32,000 nt of DNA from Schaalia odontolytica (GCF_005696695.1 NZ_CP040006.1:1740001-1772000); one strand, 5' to 3'; counted from the first letter of the stretch, positions 13,748-23,448 are shown. The notes: generated by a model from the letters alone, not told the origin. Program-made: numbers and translations.

Positions 13748-14929
13748 CTACGCGAGCGCCGACCGAACCACCGCGGCCGCAGCGCGCGACGAGGCCTCGA
13801 CTGACCGATGCGCGCTCACCCAGGCGCGCGCACCCTCAGCACCCACCCAGGGGGCAGTCCCCGACGCGAGACCGACCATGGCCTCGGCGATCTCATCGAC
13901 ATCAAGAGAGCACGCGACTCCGAGTTCCCCCTCCGCGACGTCGCTGGCTGCCTGGCCTGGACCCGCGTAAATGACGGGAGTGCCCTGCGCAAGGGAGGCG
14001 AGGATCTTCGTCGGGTAGGCGTAGTCGTATCCGCCCGGCCGCAGCGAGGCGAGGGTCGCGGTGGCTCGCGCCATCCACCGGTCTGCCTCATCGGCGCTGA
14101 CGGCGGGGATCATCTCGACGCCGGTCACGCCTCGCGAGCGCTCGGCGAGGGCATCCCATCCGCTCCCCTGCCCCACGAACACGAGGCGCGCATCCCCGAG
14201 CCGCGCTCGCGCGCGCTCGAAGGCATCGACAAAGACCTCGGGGGCCAACCACTGGGCGACCGTACCCGCGTAGACGAAGACGGGACCGTCGCAGGTGGGG
14301 AATCCTTCCGGGGTGCCGGTAGCCACGGCGTCGGGCACGCGTACGCCGTTGGGAACGACCGCGACATCGCGCGCACCCAGGTCGCGCGCGCGACGGGCGA
14401 CCCCATCGGACACAGCGATGACGCGGCGGGCACCACGCAGCGCAAAAGACTCCAGCCCCGCAACCGTGCGCACAACGAGGCCGGGCACACCCGCGAGCGC
14501 GGCGGCATCCGAGACAATGTCGGCGCAGTAGTAGACGTAGGGGACGCGGCGTGCCGCACACGCAATGCGGACGGCGGCTCCGGTCGTCGGCGGGGGTTCC
14601 GAGACGACGACGACGGGGCGCGGACCGGTGAGCAGCCGGGCGAGGAGGGGCAGGTCAAAGGACATGTAGGAGACGTATCCGCGTACCGCTCCCGTGCGGT
14701 CGCGCAGGACGGGGGCGCGGCGAACCTCGACGAGGCCGCTATCCTCCCCCGCATCGACACCACCGTCTGCGAGCCGGCGGGCGTCGCGGGCGACGGAGGG
14801 AGCCAGGCGCGAGGTGAGGACCCGGACCCTGTCTCCGCCCGCGGCGAGCGCGCGGGCGAGCGCCCCGAGGCGCAGCGCGGCGGCCGTCGGCTCGGGTGTA
14901 AAGGTGCGGGTCGCCAGAGTGACTAGCAT
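13748..14929 (-). CDS. Family 4 (GT-B) glycosyltransferase
   Basis: 393 aa with a GT4-like N-terminus (MLVTLATRTFTPEPTAAALRLGALARALAAGGDRVRVLT) and a C-terminal GT-B half (YPTKILASLAQGTPVIY). The ATG at 14929 overlaps the 3' end of the dehydrogenase by 7 nt. Confidence 0.85.
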   Translation of the reverse strand: MLVTLATRTFTPEPTAAALRLGALARALAAGGDRVRVLTSRLAPSVARDARRLADGGVDAGEDSGLVEVRRAPVLRDRTGAVRGYVSYMSFDLPLLARLLTGPRPVVVVSEPPPTTGAAVRIACAARRVPYVYYCADIVSDAAALAGVPGLVVRTVAGLESFALRGARRVIAVSDGVARRARDLGARDVAVVPNGVRVPDAVATGTPEGFPTCDGPVFVYAGTVAQWLAPEVFVDAFERARARLGDARLVFVGQGSGWDALAERSRGVTGVEMIPAVSADEADRWMARATATLASLRPGGYDYAYPTKILASLAQGTPVIYAGPGQAASDVAEGELGVACSLDVDEIAEAMVGLASGTAPWVGAEGARAWVSAHRSVEASSRAAAAVVRSALA

Positions 14930-16227
14930 GCGGGGGCGCTTCCCCCGCCGATGGTGATGCGCGGGGTGCCGGCCCAGGCCTCGGGTGAGGTGATGGCGCG
15001 TCCGTCGACGAGGAGGCGCACGCCGGGCAGGTCAGCGGGGGCCAGGTCCCGGTAGGCGGCGTGGTCGGCCTGGACGATGGCGACGTCCACCGGCTCGCCG
15101 AGGTGGTAGGCGTCCCACCCGAAGGCTGCCAGCTCGTCATCCAAATACAGCGGATCGTGAACGCTCACCTGTGCCCCGGCCTCGCGCAGCGCGCAGGTGA
15201 GGTCAAAGACACCGGAGAAGGCGGTTTCCTTGACCCCGCCGCGGTAGGCGGCGCCCAGGACCGCGACGCGCAGCCCTTCGAGGGAACCGAGCAGGGCGGC
15301 GGCGCGGGAGACCGCGTAGGCGGGCATGCCAGCGTTCGCGGCGCGTGCGGCGGACACGACGGTCGCGTCCGGGTCGCCGGCCAGGTAGAGGCGCGGGTAG
15401 ACGGGGATGCAGTGGCCGCCGACCGCGATGCCGGGCCGGTGAATGTGGGAGTAGGGCTGGGAGTTGCAGGCCTCGATGACGCGAGCGACGTCGATGCCGA
15501 CCGTGTCCGCGTAGCGCGCGAACTGGTTGGCCAAGCCGATATTGACGTCCCGGTAGGTGGTCTCGGCGAGCTTGGCCATTTCGGCGGCCTCGGCCCCGCC
15601 CATGGGCCACACGCCGTTGGGGTGCGGCAGGTCGTCGCGCTCATCGAAGGAGAGGACGGCTTCATAAAAGCGAACGCCGCGCGCTTCGCCGGATTCGCTG
15701 AGGCCCCCGACGAGCTTCGGGTAGCGCGCCAGGTCGGCGAAAACGCGGCCGGTGAGGACGCGCTCGGGCGAAAAGACGACGTCGAAGTCGCGACCCTCGA
15801 CCAGGCCGGACATCTCCTCGATGAGGGGCTTGTATCGACCGCGCGTCGTGCCCACGGGCAGGGTGGTTTCGTAGGAGACGAGGGTGCCGGCCGTGAGATG
15901 AGCGGCCATCGAGCGGGTGGCGGCGTCCATGACGCGGAAGTCGGGGCGACTCTCATCATCGACGACGAGGGGCACGACCATGACGACCGCGTCGGCGCCG
16001 GGGATCGCCTCGGCGTACTCGGTCGTGGCGCGAAGGGCGCCGGAGGAGGTCAGTGGGGGCAGGTACTCGGCCAGGTGCGCCTCGCCCGGGAAGGGTTCAA
16101 CCCCCTCGTTGATAAGGGCGACCACGCGGGGGTTCACGTCCACGCCAACGACGCTGTGCCCGCCGCGCGCGTAGTGCACCGCCAGCGGCAAACCGATCTT
16201 GCCCATGCCGACGACCGCGATGCGCAT
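14923..16227 (-). CDS. Nucleotide-sugar 6-dehydrogenase (UDP-glucose/GDP-mannose dehydrogenase family; WbpA/WecC-like)
   Basis: ORF trimmed to MRIAVVGMGKIGLPLAVHYARGGH (ATG 16227). It has a Rossmann N-terminus and a catalytic Cys block (GIAVGGHCIPVYP). Confidence 0.9.
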   Translation of the reverse strand: MRIAVVGMGKIGLPLAVHYARGGHSVVGVDVNPRVVALINEGVEPFPGEAHLAEYLPPLTSSGALRATTEYAEAIPGADAVVMVVPLVVDDESRPDFRVMDAATRSMAAHLTAGTLVSYETTLPVGTTRGRYKPLIEEMSGLVEGRDFDVVFSPERVLTGRVFADLARYPKLVGGLSESGEARGVRFYEAVLSFDERDDLPHPNGVWPMGGAEAAEMAKLAETTYRDVNIGLANQFARYADTVGIDVARVIEACNSQPYSHIHRPGIAVGGHCIPVYPRLYLAGDPDATVVSAARAANAGMPAYAVSRAAALLGSLEGLRVAVLGAAYRGGVKETAFSGVFDLTCALREAGAQVSVHDPLYLDDELAAFGWDAYHLGEPVDVAIVQADHAAYRDLAPADLPGVRLLVDGRAITSPEAWAGTPRITIGGGSAPAC

Positions 16228-16300
16228 GCGGCTCCCCTTTCCGTCTCCGGCCTCGTTGTTCCCCTCCAGTGTAGTGCCCCGCCCCACCTACAATGGGGGC

Positions 16301-17416
16301 GTGGATCGCGCGCTCAATCTCCTGCTCTACCCGTCGAACCTGGCCTCGCCCGGGCGACTGGTGAAGATCGCGCGTTCGCTGTCCCCGCTTTTCTCGCGCA
16401 CGCACGTCGTCGGGATCGATCAGGGCGACCTGCCCACGGACGAGGCCGTGGCCCCCACCGTGCGCCTCACGCGGATTCGGGGCGCGTCCCTGGGCGCGCC
16501 CCTGGGTGGTCCGAGGGTCGTCGTGGCGTGGGGCGCTCGGGTGTATCGGCGGTTCGCGAGGCAGCGCGTCGCGGCTGTCTCCGCACAGAACTTGTTCCTG
16601 CTGCCCCTCGCGCACGCGTTGGCGCGGCGAACGGGTGCGGTGTTTGCGTACAACGCGCACGAGCTTGAGACCGAGACGGTGGGGTCGGCGGGGCTACGTC
16701 AGCGTCTCCAGCGCGTGATTGAGCGCCGCTATATCCACCGCGCGGACGTGGTGTCCGTGGTCAACGAGTCGATCGCGCAGTGGTACCGCGAGGCCTACCC
16801 CGGCGTGGATCCGGTGGTCGTGACGAACGCTCCGACGGGCTCGGATGGGGTCATCAACCTGCGCGGGCAGCTGGGGACCCCGCAGGACGCTCTCCTGTAC
16901 CTGCATTCTGGCTACCTGGCGCCGGGGCGTAACATTCCGTTGATTCTGCGCGCTTTTGAGCAGGTGCCGAGCGCGCACGTCGTCTTCGTCGGCGCGGGTG
17001 CCCTGCTGCCCGAGGTTGAGCGTGCGGCTACGACCCACCCGAACATCCACCGCCTGCCTCCCGTGGAGCCGGACCAGGTTCTGGCTATGACGCGCGGGGC
17101 TGACGTGGCGCTGTGCCTCATCGAGTCCGGGTGCCTATCGCACCGTATGTCCACGCCCAACAAGATGATGGAGGCCTTCGCGGCCGGTGTGCCCGCGCTG
17201 TGTTCTCCCCTGTCCGAGGCCCGCCGATACCTGGGCGATCAGGCCAACACGTGGGTGTTGGAGGATCCGGAGCGCGACCTCGTCGGCGCCCTGGAGCGCA
17301 TCACGCGAGAAGACATCGCGGCTTTCACGGCTCCCGCGATTCCCACCTGGGAGGAGGGGGCCGCCCGCCTGCGTGAGGCCTACGAGCGGGCCCTCGCCGC
17401 GCGAGTTCGCCGGTGA
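16301..17416 (+). CDS. GT-B fold glycosyltransferase (GT4-like)
   Basis: ORF 16199..17416. The 5' part overlaps the divergent dehydrogenase gene, so I trimmed it to GTG 16301 (VDRALNLLLYPSN..), which is uncertain. The C-terminal GT-B half reads VVFVGAGALLPEVERAA..STPNKMMEAFAAGVPAL. Confidence 0.75.
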   Translation: MDRALNLLLYPSNLASPGRLVKIARSLSPLFSRTHVVGIDQGDLPTDEAVAPTVRLTRIRGASLGAPLGGPRVVVAWGARVYRRFARQRVAAVSAQNLFLLPLAHALARRTGAVFAYNAHELETETVGSAGLRQRLQRVIERRYIHRADVVSVVNESIAQWYREAYPGVDPVVVTNAPTGSDGVINLRGQLGTPQDALLYLHSGYLAPGRNIPLILRAFEQVPSAHVVFVGAGALLPEVERAATTHPNIHRLPPVEPDQVLAMTRGADVALCLIESGCLSHRMSTPNKMMEAFAAGVPALCSPLSEARRYLGDQANTWVLEDPERDLVGALERITREDIAAFTAPAIPTWEEGAARLREAYERALAARVRR

Positions 17417-17437
17417 AACACAGGTTTCACAAGGGTT

Positions 17438-18721
17438 TCACGCGGCCACTGGGCGCGTGACGTCACCCCGGTCGTAGGAGCGCGCAGTCAGGACAGCCAT
17501 GACGAGCATACCCACCAGCAGCACAGCCATGAGGGCTCCGAGCACCGCGACCGTGGTCTCCACTCCGTAGGGGCTGCAGGCAAGCCACGCCAGCGGCGCC
17601 GCGCAGTACACGCACGCGAAGGCCAGCATGCGGCGCTGGTGGTAGGTCGCGACGAACACGTTTGAGAGCGGCGAGGTCGCGACCGTTAAGGCCAGCCAGG
17701 GGGCCAGGGATCGAGCGAAGTACCCGGCCGCCTCCCAGCGCGCCCCGAACACGAGGGGGAAGAGCGCGGGGCTCACCCACGCGAGCAGGGCGAACACGGG
17801 GATCGAGCATGCCAGCGCGATGCCGCCGACGCGCAGGGCGACGCGGGTCATCTCACCGGAAGGGGTGTCCGACAGGCGCGGCAGGTACACCTGCGACAGC
17901 GCCCCCGCGATGAGGGCGACCGGTGCTTGCAGGGCCAGCCACGCCAAGTTGAATTGGCCGAGCGACGCCACGGAATACGTGGCGATCAGCAGAGGGATCG
18001 CGCTCGTGCGCACCGCATCGACGACGACGTTGGGCACGCCCACGAGGGCCATCTTGCGGTAGCGCGAGGCAACCTCGCGCAGGGTCGGATCGGTGTCCAG
18101 ACGCTCGCGGGCGTCGCGGGCGCGCCACGACAGGTACGCGACGGCGAGGCCCTGGCCCGCGATCGTCGCCCCAATCGCCGCACCCAGGCCGCCACCGGCC
18201 ACGAAACCGCACACCAGCTGCAGGACCGCGATCCCGAGGGCGCGCACTACGGAGGAGCTCGCGATCGCCTGGAATCGCCGGTGGCGGGTCAGCCAGTAGG
18301 AGCACACCTGCCCCTGTGCCAGGAACAGGATGGAGACGCCAACGGCGAGCATCCATCCCGCGAGCGCGCTTCCGTAGCGCGCGCTCACCCACGGCCATGC
18401 GACGGCCGCAATGAAGGTAGCCAGAGCGGAGGCGACCAGCACGCAGCGCGAGGCGAGGCGGGCCAGGGAGCGGGCCGAGGCCTCATCCCCCGGGGCGGGC
18501 AGGACGATGCTGAGGTCGAAGCGGGCGCCCGCGACCGCGGCGCCGAGCGTGGCGGCGGAGGTAAAGATACCCAGGTAGCCCAGGTCCGTGTCCGTGTAGA
18601 GGCGGGCGATGCCGATCTGGGCGACGAAGGCGATGACCTGGGCGAGGAGGGTGCCGCCAAGGAGGGTGAGCACCTGCGCGAGGACGCCCGAGCGGGCGGG
18701 GCGGGCAGGTGCGTTCGTCAT
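17438..18721 (-). CDS. Polysaccharide flippase (Wzx-like, MOP superfamily)
   Basis: 427 aa and almost entirely hydrophobic, with about 12 predicted TM helices. The N-terminus (LLGGTLLAQVIAFVAQIGIARLY) is typical of polysaccharide biosynthesis/flippase proteins, and it lies in a glycan locus. Confidence 0.8.
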   Translation of the reverse strand: MTNAPARPARSGVLAQVLTLLGGTLLAQVIAFVAQIGIARLYTDTDLGYLGIFTSAATLGAAVAGARFDLSIVLPAPGDEASARSLARLASRCVLVASALATFIAAVAWPWVSARYGSALAGWMLAVGVSILFLAQGQVCSYWLTRHRRFQAIASSSVVRALGIAVLQLVCGFVAGGGLGAAIGATIAGQGLAVAYLSWRARDARERLDTDPTLREVASRYRKMALVGVPNVVVDAVRTSAIPLLIATYSVASLGQFNLAWLALQAPVALIAGALSQVYLPRLSDTPSGEMTRVALRVGGIALACSIPVFALLAWVSPALFPLVFGARWEAAGYFARSLAPWLALTVATSPLSNVFVATYHQRRMLAFACVYCAAPLAWLACSPYGVETTVAVLGALMAVLLVGMLVMAVLTARSYDRGDVTRPVAA

Positions 18722-18811
18722 GGACTCATTTAATCACCTGGGGCGCGCGGCTTGCCCCTAGGATGGTGGCATGCCCGCTCACCGATCCGCGCCTGCCCTC
18801 GGGTGGAACTC

Positions 18812-19915
18812 GTGAGGGTCGCCCTGACGAAGGGAACCCTGCTGGTTCCCCCGACCTACTTCGCGCTCTCGCACGCCCTCGCGATGCCGGAGCTCGATTG
18901 GCGGGCTTTCACACTCGCGGCACGCATCACCGATCCGGCCGTCACGGTCCCCATTGACGAGGCCGCTCCGCGCGCGCTCAGCAGCCCTCTCCCGCTTCGC
19001 ATGGCCGCGCAGGCACGAGGCATGGGACGGATGCGCCGCTCGATCACCGCCTGGAATCCGGACGTCATTCACCAGCATCAGGCGACCTGGTCCCTGCCGG
19101 CCGTGGGGGCTGCGCGGGAGACGGGGGTGCCCCTCGTGGTGACGCTGCATGGCGGGGACGCCTACCCGAGGCTCGGGCGCGGCGCGGGTGCCGCGTGGAA
19201 CGCACGCAACCGCACGGCCGCCCTTGAGGGAGCGACCCGGCTGCTGGCCGTCTCCCATTACCTGGCGGACGTCGCGCTGGGCGCGGAAGCCGATCCACAG
19301 CGCCTGAGCGTCCACTATCAGGGTGTGGACACGCACTGGTGGACGTCCGCCTCGAACACAACAGAGTCGCGCGAGGAACCCGTCGTCCTGTTCGTCGGCG
19401 CGCTCAGCCGTCTCAAGGGGGTGGACGACCTGGCCCGGGCGTCCGCCACCCTCGTGGGGCGCCGCCCGCATCGCCTCGTCCTCGTGGGCGACGGGCCGCT
19501 GGCACCCACACTGCGCGCGAACGCACCCGCCCACGTGACGTTCACGGGCCGACTGGATCGTGAGGGGGTACGCGACTGGATGCGCCGCGCCCACGTCCTC
19601 GTCCTGCCCACGAAGCCGACGCAGGGGCGGCAGGAGGCCGCGGGACTCGTGCTGCTCGAGGCGCAGGCGTGCGGCGTTCCCGTCATCGCATATCGCACGG
19701 GCGGCACGCCGGAGATGATCGCGCCCGAGGTCTCGATGCTGACGGCTGAACGCTCGCCGGACGCTCTCGCTCGCTCCCTCGACGAGGCATTGGCTTGGTC
19801 CGAGGACGAACGCGCGGATCGCGGGGTGGCGTGCCGGGCGTGGGTGACACGCGAGCGCTCGCTGCACGGATCCGTGGATCAGCTGCGCGCAATCTACGCA
19901 GACGTGACCAGGTAA
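18812..19915 (+). CDS. Family 4 (GT-B) glycosyltransferase
   Basis: ORF 18752..19915. The start is uncertain (GTG at 18803 or 18812). GT4 motifs are present: VVTLHGGD, VLFVGALSRLKG and LPTKPTQGRQEAAGLVLLEAQACGVPVIA (an ExFG-type E-x7-E region). Confidence 0.85.
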   Translation: MRVALTKGTLLVPPTYFALSHALAMPELDWRAFTLAARITDPAVTVPIDEAAPRALSSPLPLRMAAQARGMGRMRRSITAWNPDVIHQHQATWSLPAVGAARETGVPLVVTLHGGDAYPRLGRGAGAAWNARNRTAALEGATRLLAVSHYLADVALGAEADPQRLSVHYQGVDTHWWTSASNTTESREEPVVLFVGALSRLKGVDDLARASATLVGRRPHRLVLVGDGPLAPTLRANAPAHVTFTGRLDREGVRDWMRRAHVLVLPTKPTQGRQEAAGLVLLEAQACGVPVIAYRTGGTPEMIAPEVSMLTAERSPDALARSLDEALAWSEDERADRGVACRAWVTRERSLHGSVDQLRAIYADVTR

Positions 19916-19924
19916 CGCCGCGCT

Positions 19925-20908
19925 CTACAGGTCGACCGAGCGACCGGTGGCTGCCGAGGAGAGGATAGCCTCGACGACGCGGAGGTTATCCAAGGCCTCG
20001 TCCATGGTGACGTGCTCGCTTCCCACGCCGAGGATCGCGTCGCGGAAACGCTCATGTTCGAGGGCGAGGGGCTCGCGCTTGGTGAGCGCGTAGCGCACGA
20101 CCTGGCCCTCGCTCACCCCGCGGAAGGCGGCGATGGCGTCCCACTGCAGGGGCGCGTGGCCATTCTCGTAGAAGGTCAGGTCCCCCATCGCGGTGTCTGC
20201 GACGAGCGCGCCGCGCTCCCCCGTCACGATCGTCGTGCGGTCCTTGTAGGGGGTCAGCCAGTTGACGAGGTGGTTGACGAGGATGCCGCCGGCAAGGACG
20301 CCCGAGGCGACCATCATGTCCTCGTGCACTCGCCCAGAGCGCGCGGACGTGCGCGCGTAGATGCTCTCGTAGGGGGCGCCGGCCACCCACGCGGCCAGGT
20401 CCACGTCGTGCGTGGCCAAGTCTTTGACGACGCCGACGTCGCTGATGCGGGCGGGGAAGGGGGACTGCCGACGCGTTGCGATCTGCTCAATCGCGCCGAG
20501 CTGCCCCTCCGAGATCCGCCTGCGCATGTCGATGAGCGCGGGGTTGCAGCGCTCGACGTAGCCGACGGCGCCGACGAGTCCCGCGGCCGCGAAGGCGTCG
20601 CGGATGCGGCGGCCCGCCTCCACGCTCGTGGCAAGGGGCTTTTCGACGAGGGTGTGCACCCCGGCCTCGGCGAGCGCCAGGGCTGCGGCCTCGTGGTGGG
20701 CGGTGGGCGCTGCGATGATCGCGGCGTCGATGCCGGCCTCGATGAGTTCCTCGACGCCACCCAGGACGGGCAGGTCGCCGGCGACGCCGAAGCGGTCGCC
20801 GCCCGGGTCAGCGAGCGCGACGAGGTCCACGCCGGCGGTGGCGCGGGCGTTGCGCACATGGTGTCGGCCCATCGAGCCGATGCCGAGGATTCCGAGGCGG
20901 ATGCTCAT
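19925..20908 (-). CDS. Gfo/Idh/MocA-family NAD-dependent sugar-nucleotide 3-dehydrogenase (WbpB/WlbA-like)
   Basis: 327 aa with a Rossmann N-terminus (IRLGILGIGSMGRHHV) and the EKP motif (HTLVEKPLA). It sits immediately downstream of the aminotransferase (1-nt gap). Confidence 0.88.
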   Translation of the reverse strand: MSIRLGILGIGSMGRHHVRNARATAGVDLVALADPGGDRFGVAGDLPVLGGVEELIEAGIDAAIIAAPTAHHEAAALALAEAGVHTLVEKPLATSVEAGRRIRDAFAAAGLVGAVGYVERCNPALIDMRRRISEGQLGAIEQIATRRQSPFPARISDVGVVKDLATHDVDLAAWVAGAPYESIYARTSARSGRVHEDMMVASGVLAGGILVNHLVNWLTPYKDRTTIVTGERGALVADTAMGDLTFYENGHAPLQWDAIAAFRGVSEGQVVRYALTKREPLALEHERFRDAILGVGSEHVTMDEALDNLRVVEAILSSAATGRSVDL

Positions 20909-20909
20909 G

Positions 20910-22010
20910 TCAGGCCCCCGCTTCCGCGAGCGCGTTCACGGCCTCGGCGATGCGCTCCAGCTCGCCGGAAGTGAGAGATGGGTAGATCGGCAGGGAGAGA
21001 ACCTGGTCGGCTGCCTCGCGCGTGGCCGCAAGCTCCACACCGGGGGCGAAGCAGGCGAGGGATGGCAGCTCGTGGTTCGGGATCGGGTAGTAGACGCCCG
21101 AGCCGACGCCGTATTCCTCGCGCAGGGCGGCGGCAAAGCCGTCGCGGTCTTCGGCCACGCGGATCGTGTACTGGTGGTAGACGTGCGTGGCGCCGGGCGC
21201 GACGTGCGGGACGGTGACGCCTCGCAGGTGGGCGTCCAGGAAGGCGGCGTTGTCCTGACGCGCGCGCGTCCACGCGCCAACCTTCGTCAACTGCACGCGT
21301 CCGATCGCGGCGTGGATGTCGGTCATGCGATTGTTGAGGCCCACGATTTCGTTGGCGTAGCGCGTCTCCATGCCCTGGTTGCGCGCAAGTTTCACGCCGC
21401 GGATGATCTCGGGGTCGCTCGAGGTGACCATGCCGCCCTCACCGCTCGTCATGTTTTTGGTCGGGTAGAAGGAGAAGGCCGCGAAAGCGCCGAAAGAGCC
21501 GACCGCGCGCCCGTGCAGGCTCGCGCCGTGAGCCTGGGCGGCGTCTTCGAAGACCATAAGCCCATGCGCGTCGGCGATCTCCTGCAGCGCGTCCATGGGG
21601 GCGGGGTGACCGTAGAGGTGGACGGGCATGATGGCCCGCGTGCGCGGCGTGATCGCAGCCTCGACGGCGGCCGGGGACAGCGTGAACGTGAGCGGGTCGA
21701 TGTCGGCGAACACGGGGGTCGCGCCCGTGATGGCGACCGAGTTGGCGGTGGCCGCGAAGGTGAAGGAGGGGACGATGACCTCGTCGCCCGGACCGATCCC
21801 GGCGGCGAGCAGACCCAGATGCAGTGCCGAGGTCCCCGAGTTGACCGCGACCGCCTGCACCCCGGGTACCAGGGCGGCGCAGAACTCCTCCTCGAAGGCA
21901 GCGACCTGGGGCCCCTGGGCGATCATGCCGGTGCGCATGACGGCTGCGACCGCGTCGATCTCCTCTTCGCCGATGAGCGGGCGTGCGGGTGGGATGAACG
22001 GGTGCGTCAC
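20910..22010 (-). CDS. DegT/DnrJ/EryC1/StrS-family PLP-dependent sugar aminotransferase (WbpE/WlbC-like)
   Basis: 366 aa with a PLP-lysine block (FSFYPTKNMTSGEGG) and family similarity over the full length. The start overlaps the acetyltransferase stop (22007-22010). Confidence 0.93.
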   Translation of the reverse strand: MTHPFIPPARPLIGEEEIDAVAAVMRTGMIAQGPQVAAFEEEFCAALVPGVQAVAVNSGTSALHLGLLAAGIGPGDEVIVPSFTFAATANSVAITGATPVFADIDPLTFTLSPAAVEAAITPRTRAIMPVHLYGHPAPMDALQEIADAHGLMVFEDAAQAHGASLHGRAVGSFGAFAAFSFYPTKNMTSGEGGMVTSSDPEIIRGVKLARNQGMETRYANEIVGLNNRMTDIHAAIGRVQLTKVGAWTRARQDNAAFLDAHLRGVTVPHVAPGATHVYHQYTIRVAEDRDGFAAALREEYGVGSGVYYPIPNHELPSLACFAPGVELAATREAADQVLSLPIYPSLTSGELERIAEAVNALAEAGA

Positions 22011-22672
22011 TGCTGGTCCTCACGGGTTTGGTCGGGCATCTGCGCGCCATTCGGGGACGAGGCCTGGGCGGCCTCGGGCGACAGGGCGCCGTCTCGCTCG
22101 ACGTAGCGGCGGCCCGAGGCCGGACACACCCACGTGCGCTCCCCGGCCTCGTTCGAGGCTTCATCGGCGGCCACGAGCGGCACCCCGGCCTCGCCGACCC
22201 ACCCGACGCGGCGCGCGGGGACGCCGACGACGAGCGCGTAGGGAGCAACGTCGCGGGTGACGACCGCGCCCGCGCCGACCGACGCCCACTCCCCGATGCG
22301 CACGGGAGCCACGCACACGGCGCGTGCTCCGATGGCTGCTCCGCGTTCCACGGTGACGCCGACGCGGTCCCAGTCGCTCGCGCTCTTCAGGGTGCCGTCG
22401 GCGTTGATCGCGCGAGGAGCGTGATCATTCGTCAAGACGGCCGCGGGGCCGACAAACACTCCGTCAGCCAGGGAGGCGGGCTCGTAGACGAGCGCGTAGT
22501 TCTGGATCTTGCAGCGCGCACCGACTCTCACACCTTCGCCGATGTAGGCGCCACGTCCGACGATCGTCTCCTCCCCGATGCGCGCGTCCTCGCGCACCTG
22601 GGCGAGGTGCCAGACTCGCGCGCTGGGAGCGACGATCGCGCTGGGGGCGACGTCGGCGCTGGGCTCGATCAC
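22007..22672 (-). CDS. Left-handed beta-helix (hexapeptide) sugar N-acetyltransferase (WbpD/WlbB-like)
   Basis: ORF 22007..22699 trimmed to GTG 22672 (VIEPSADVAPSAIV..; SD GGAGAGGGAAG upstream). Hexapeptide repeats are present, and the C-terminal block GAGAVVTRDVAPYALVVGVPARRVGW closely recalls WlbB/WbpD. Confidence 0.88.
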   Translation of the reverse strand: MIEPSADVAPSAIVAPSARVWHLAQVREDARIGEETIVGRGAYIGEGVRVGARCKIQNYALVYEPASLADGVFVGPAAVLTNDHAPRAINADGTLKSASDWDRVGVTVERGAAIGARAVCVAPVRIGEWASVGAGAVVTRDVAPYALVVGVPARRVGWVGEAGVPLVAADEASNEAGERTWVCPASGRRYVERDGALSPEAAQASSPNGAQMPDQTREDQQ

Positions 22673-22749
22673 GATGCTTCCCTCTCCTTGTCGCTGCACG
22701 CGCGGGTGCGCTCACAGATACCCAACACTATAGGCGCGCGCCCATCCCG

Positions 22750-23448
22750 ATGTGCGACACTATTCAAATGCAGATCGGCTCCGACACGTGGGTGGTGATC
22801 CCAGCGTTCAACGAGGCGTCCGTCATCGGGGGCGTCGTCGCGGGAGTCCGCACCTTTTTTCCACGTGTCCTCGTCGTCGATGACGCTTCGAGCGACAACA
22901 CCGCCGCCGTCGCCCGCGCCGCAGGGGCATACACCGCGACACACCCGCTCAACCTTGGGCAGGGCGCCGCCCTCCAAACCGGATTCGATGCAGCCCTCGC
23001 CCGCGGGGCGCGATACGTGGTCACCTTCGATGCCGACGGCCAGCACGACCCCGCAGAGGCGGCGGCCATGGTCGAGCGGGCACTCCGGGAGGATCTCGCG
23101 TTCGTCCTCGGCTCTCGTTTTCTGTCGGGATCCCCGTCGTCGGCGGGTAGGGTCAAACGCGCCATGCTGCGACTCGGAGCTTTGGTGGCCCGGCTGCGCA
23201 CGGGCTTGGATCTCACGGACACTCACAACGGGCTGCGCGTGATCCGCGCCGACGCCCTCGCCCACGTGCATCTCACCCACGCACGCATGGCCCACGCCTC
23301 GCAGATCGTCTCCCAGCTGGCCGCCTGTGGCCTGCCCGGCGCCGAGCACCCGGTGACGATTTCCTACACGGACTATTCGCGGGCGAAGGGCCAGCCTCTG
23401 CTCAACTCCGTCAACATCGTCGTCGACCTCGCGTTGGGGGGACGATGA
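22750..23448 (+). CDS. Family 2 glycosyltransferase (paralog of 5202..5957)
   Basis: 232 aa with WVVIPAFNEASV, VLVVDDASSDNT and TFDADGQHDP. An alternative ATG at 22768 is equally possible. Confidence 0.88.
   Translation: MCDTIQMQIGSDTWVVIPAFNEASVIGGVVAGVRTFFPRVLVVDDASSDNTAAVARAAGAYTATHPLNLGQGAALQTGFDAALARGARYVVTFDADGQHDPAEAAAMVERALREDLAFVLGSRFLSGSPSSAGRVKRAMLRLGALVARLRTGLDLTDTHNGLRVIRADALAHVHLTHARMAHASQIVSQLAACGLPGAEHPVTISYTDYSRAKGQPLLNSVNIVVDLALGGR

Noticed and set aside
17412-17441. A short hairpin, GTGAAAC-ACAG-GTTTCAC, with a second GTTTCAC copy, between the convergent glycosyltransferase and flippase genes.
   Set aside because: The stem is only 7 bp and A+T-rich, and it overlaps both stop codons. 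It might act as a weak terminator, but the evidence is too thin to list as a feature.
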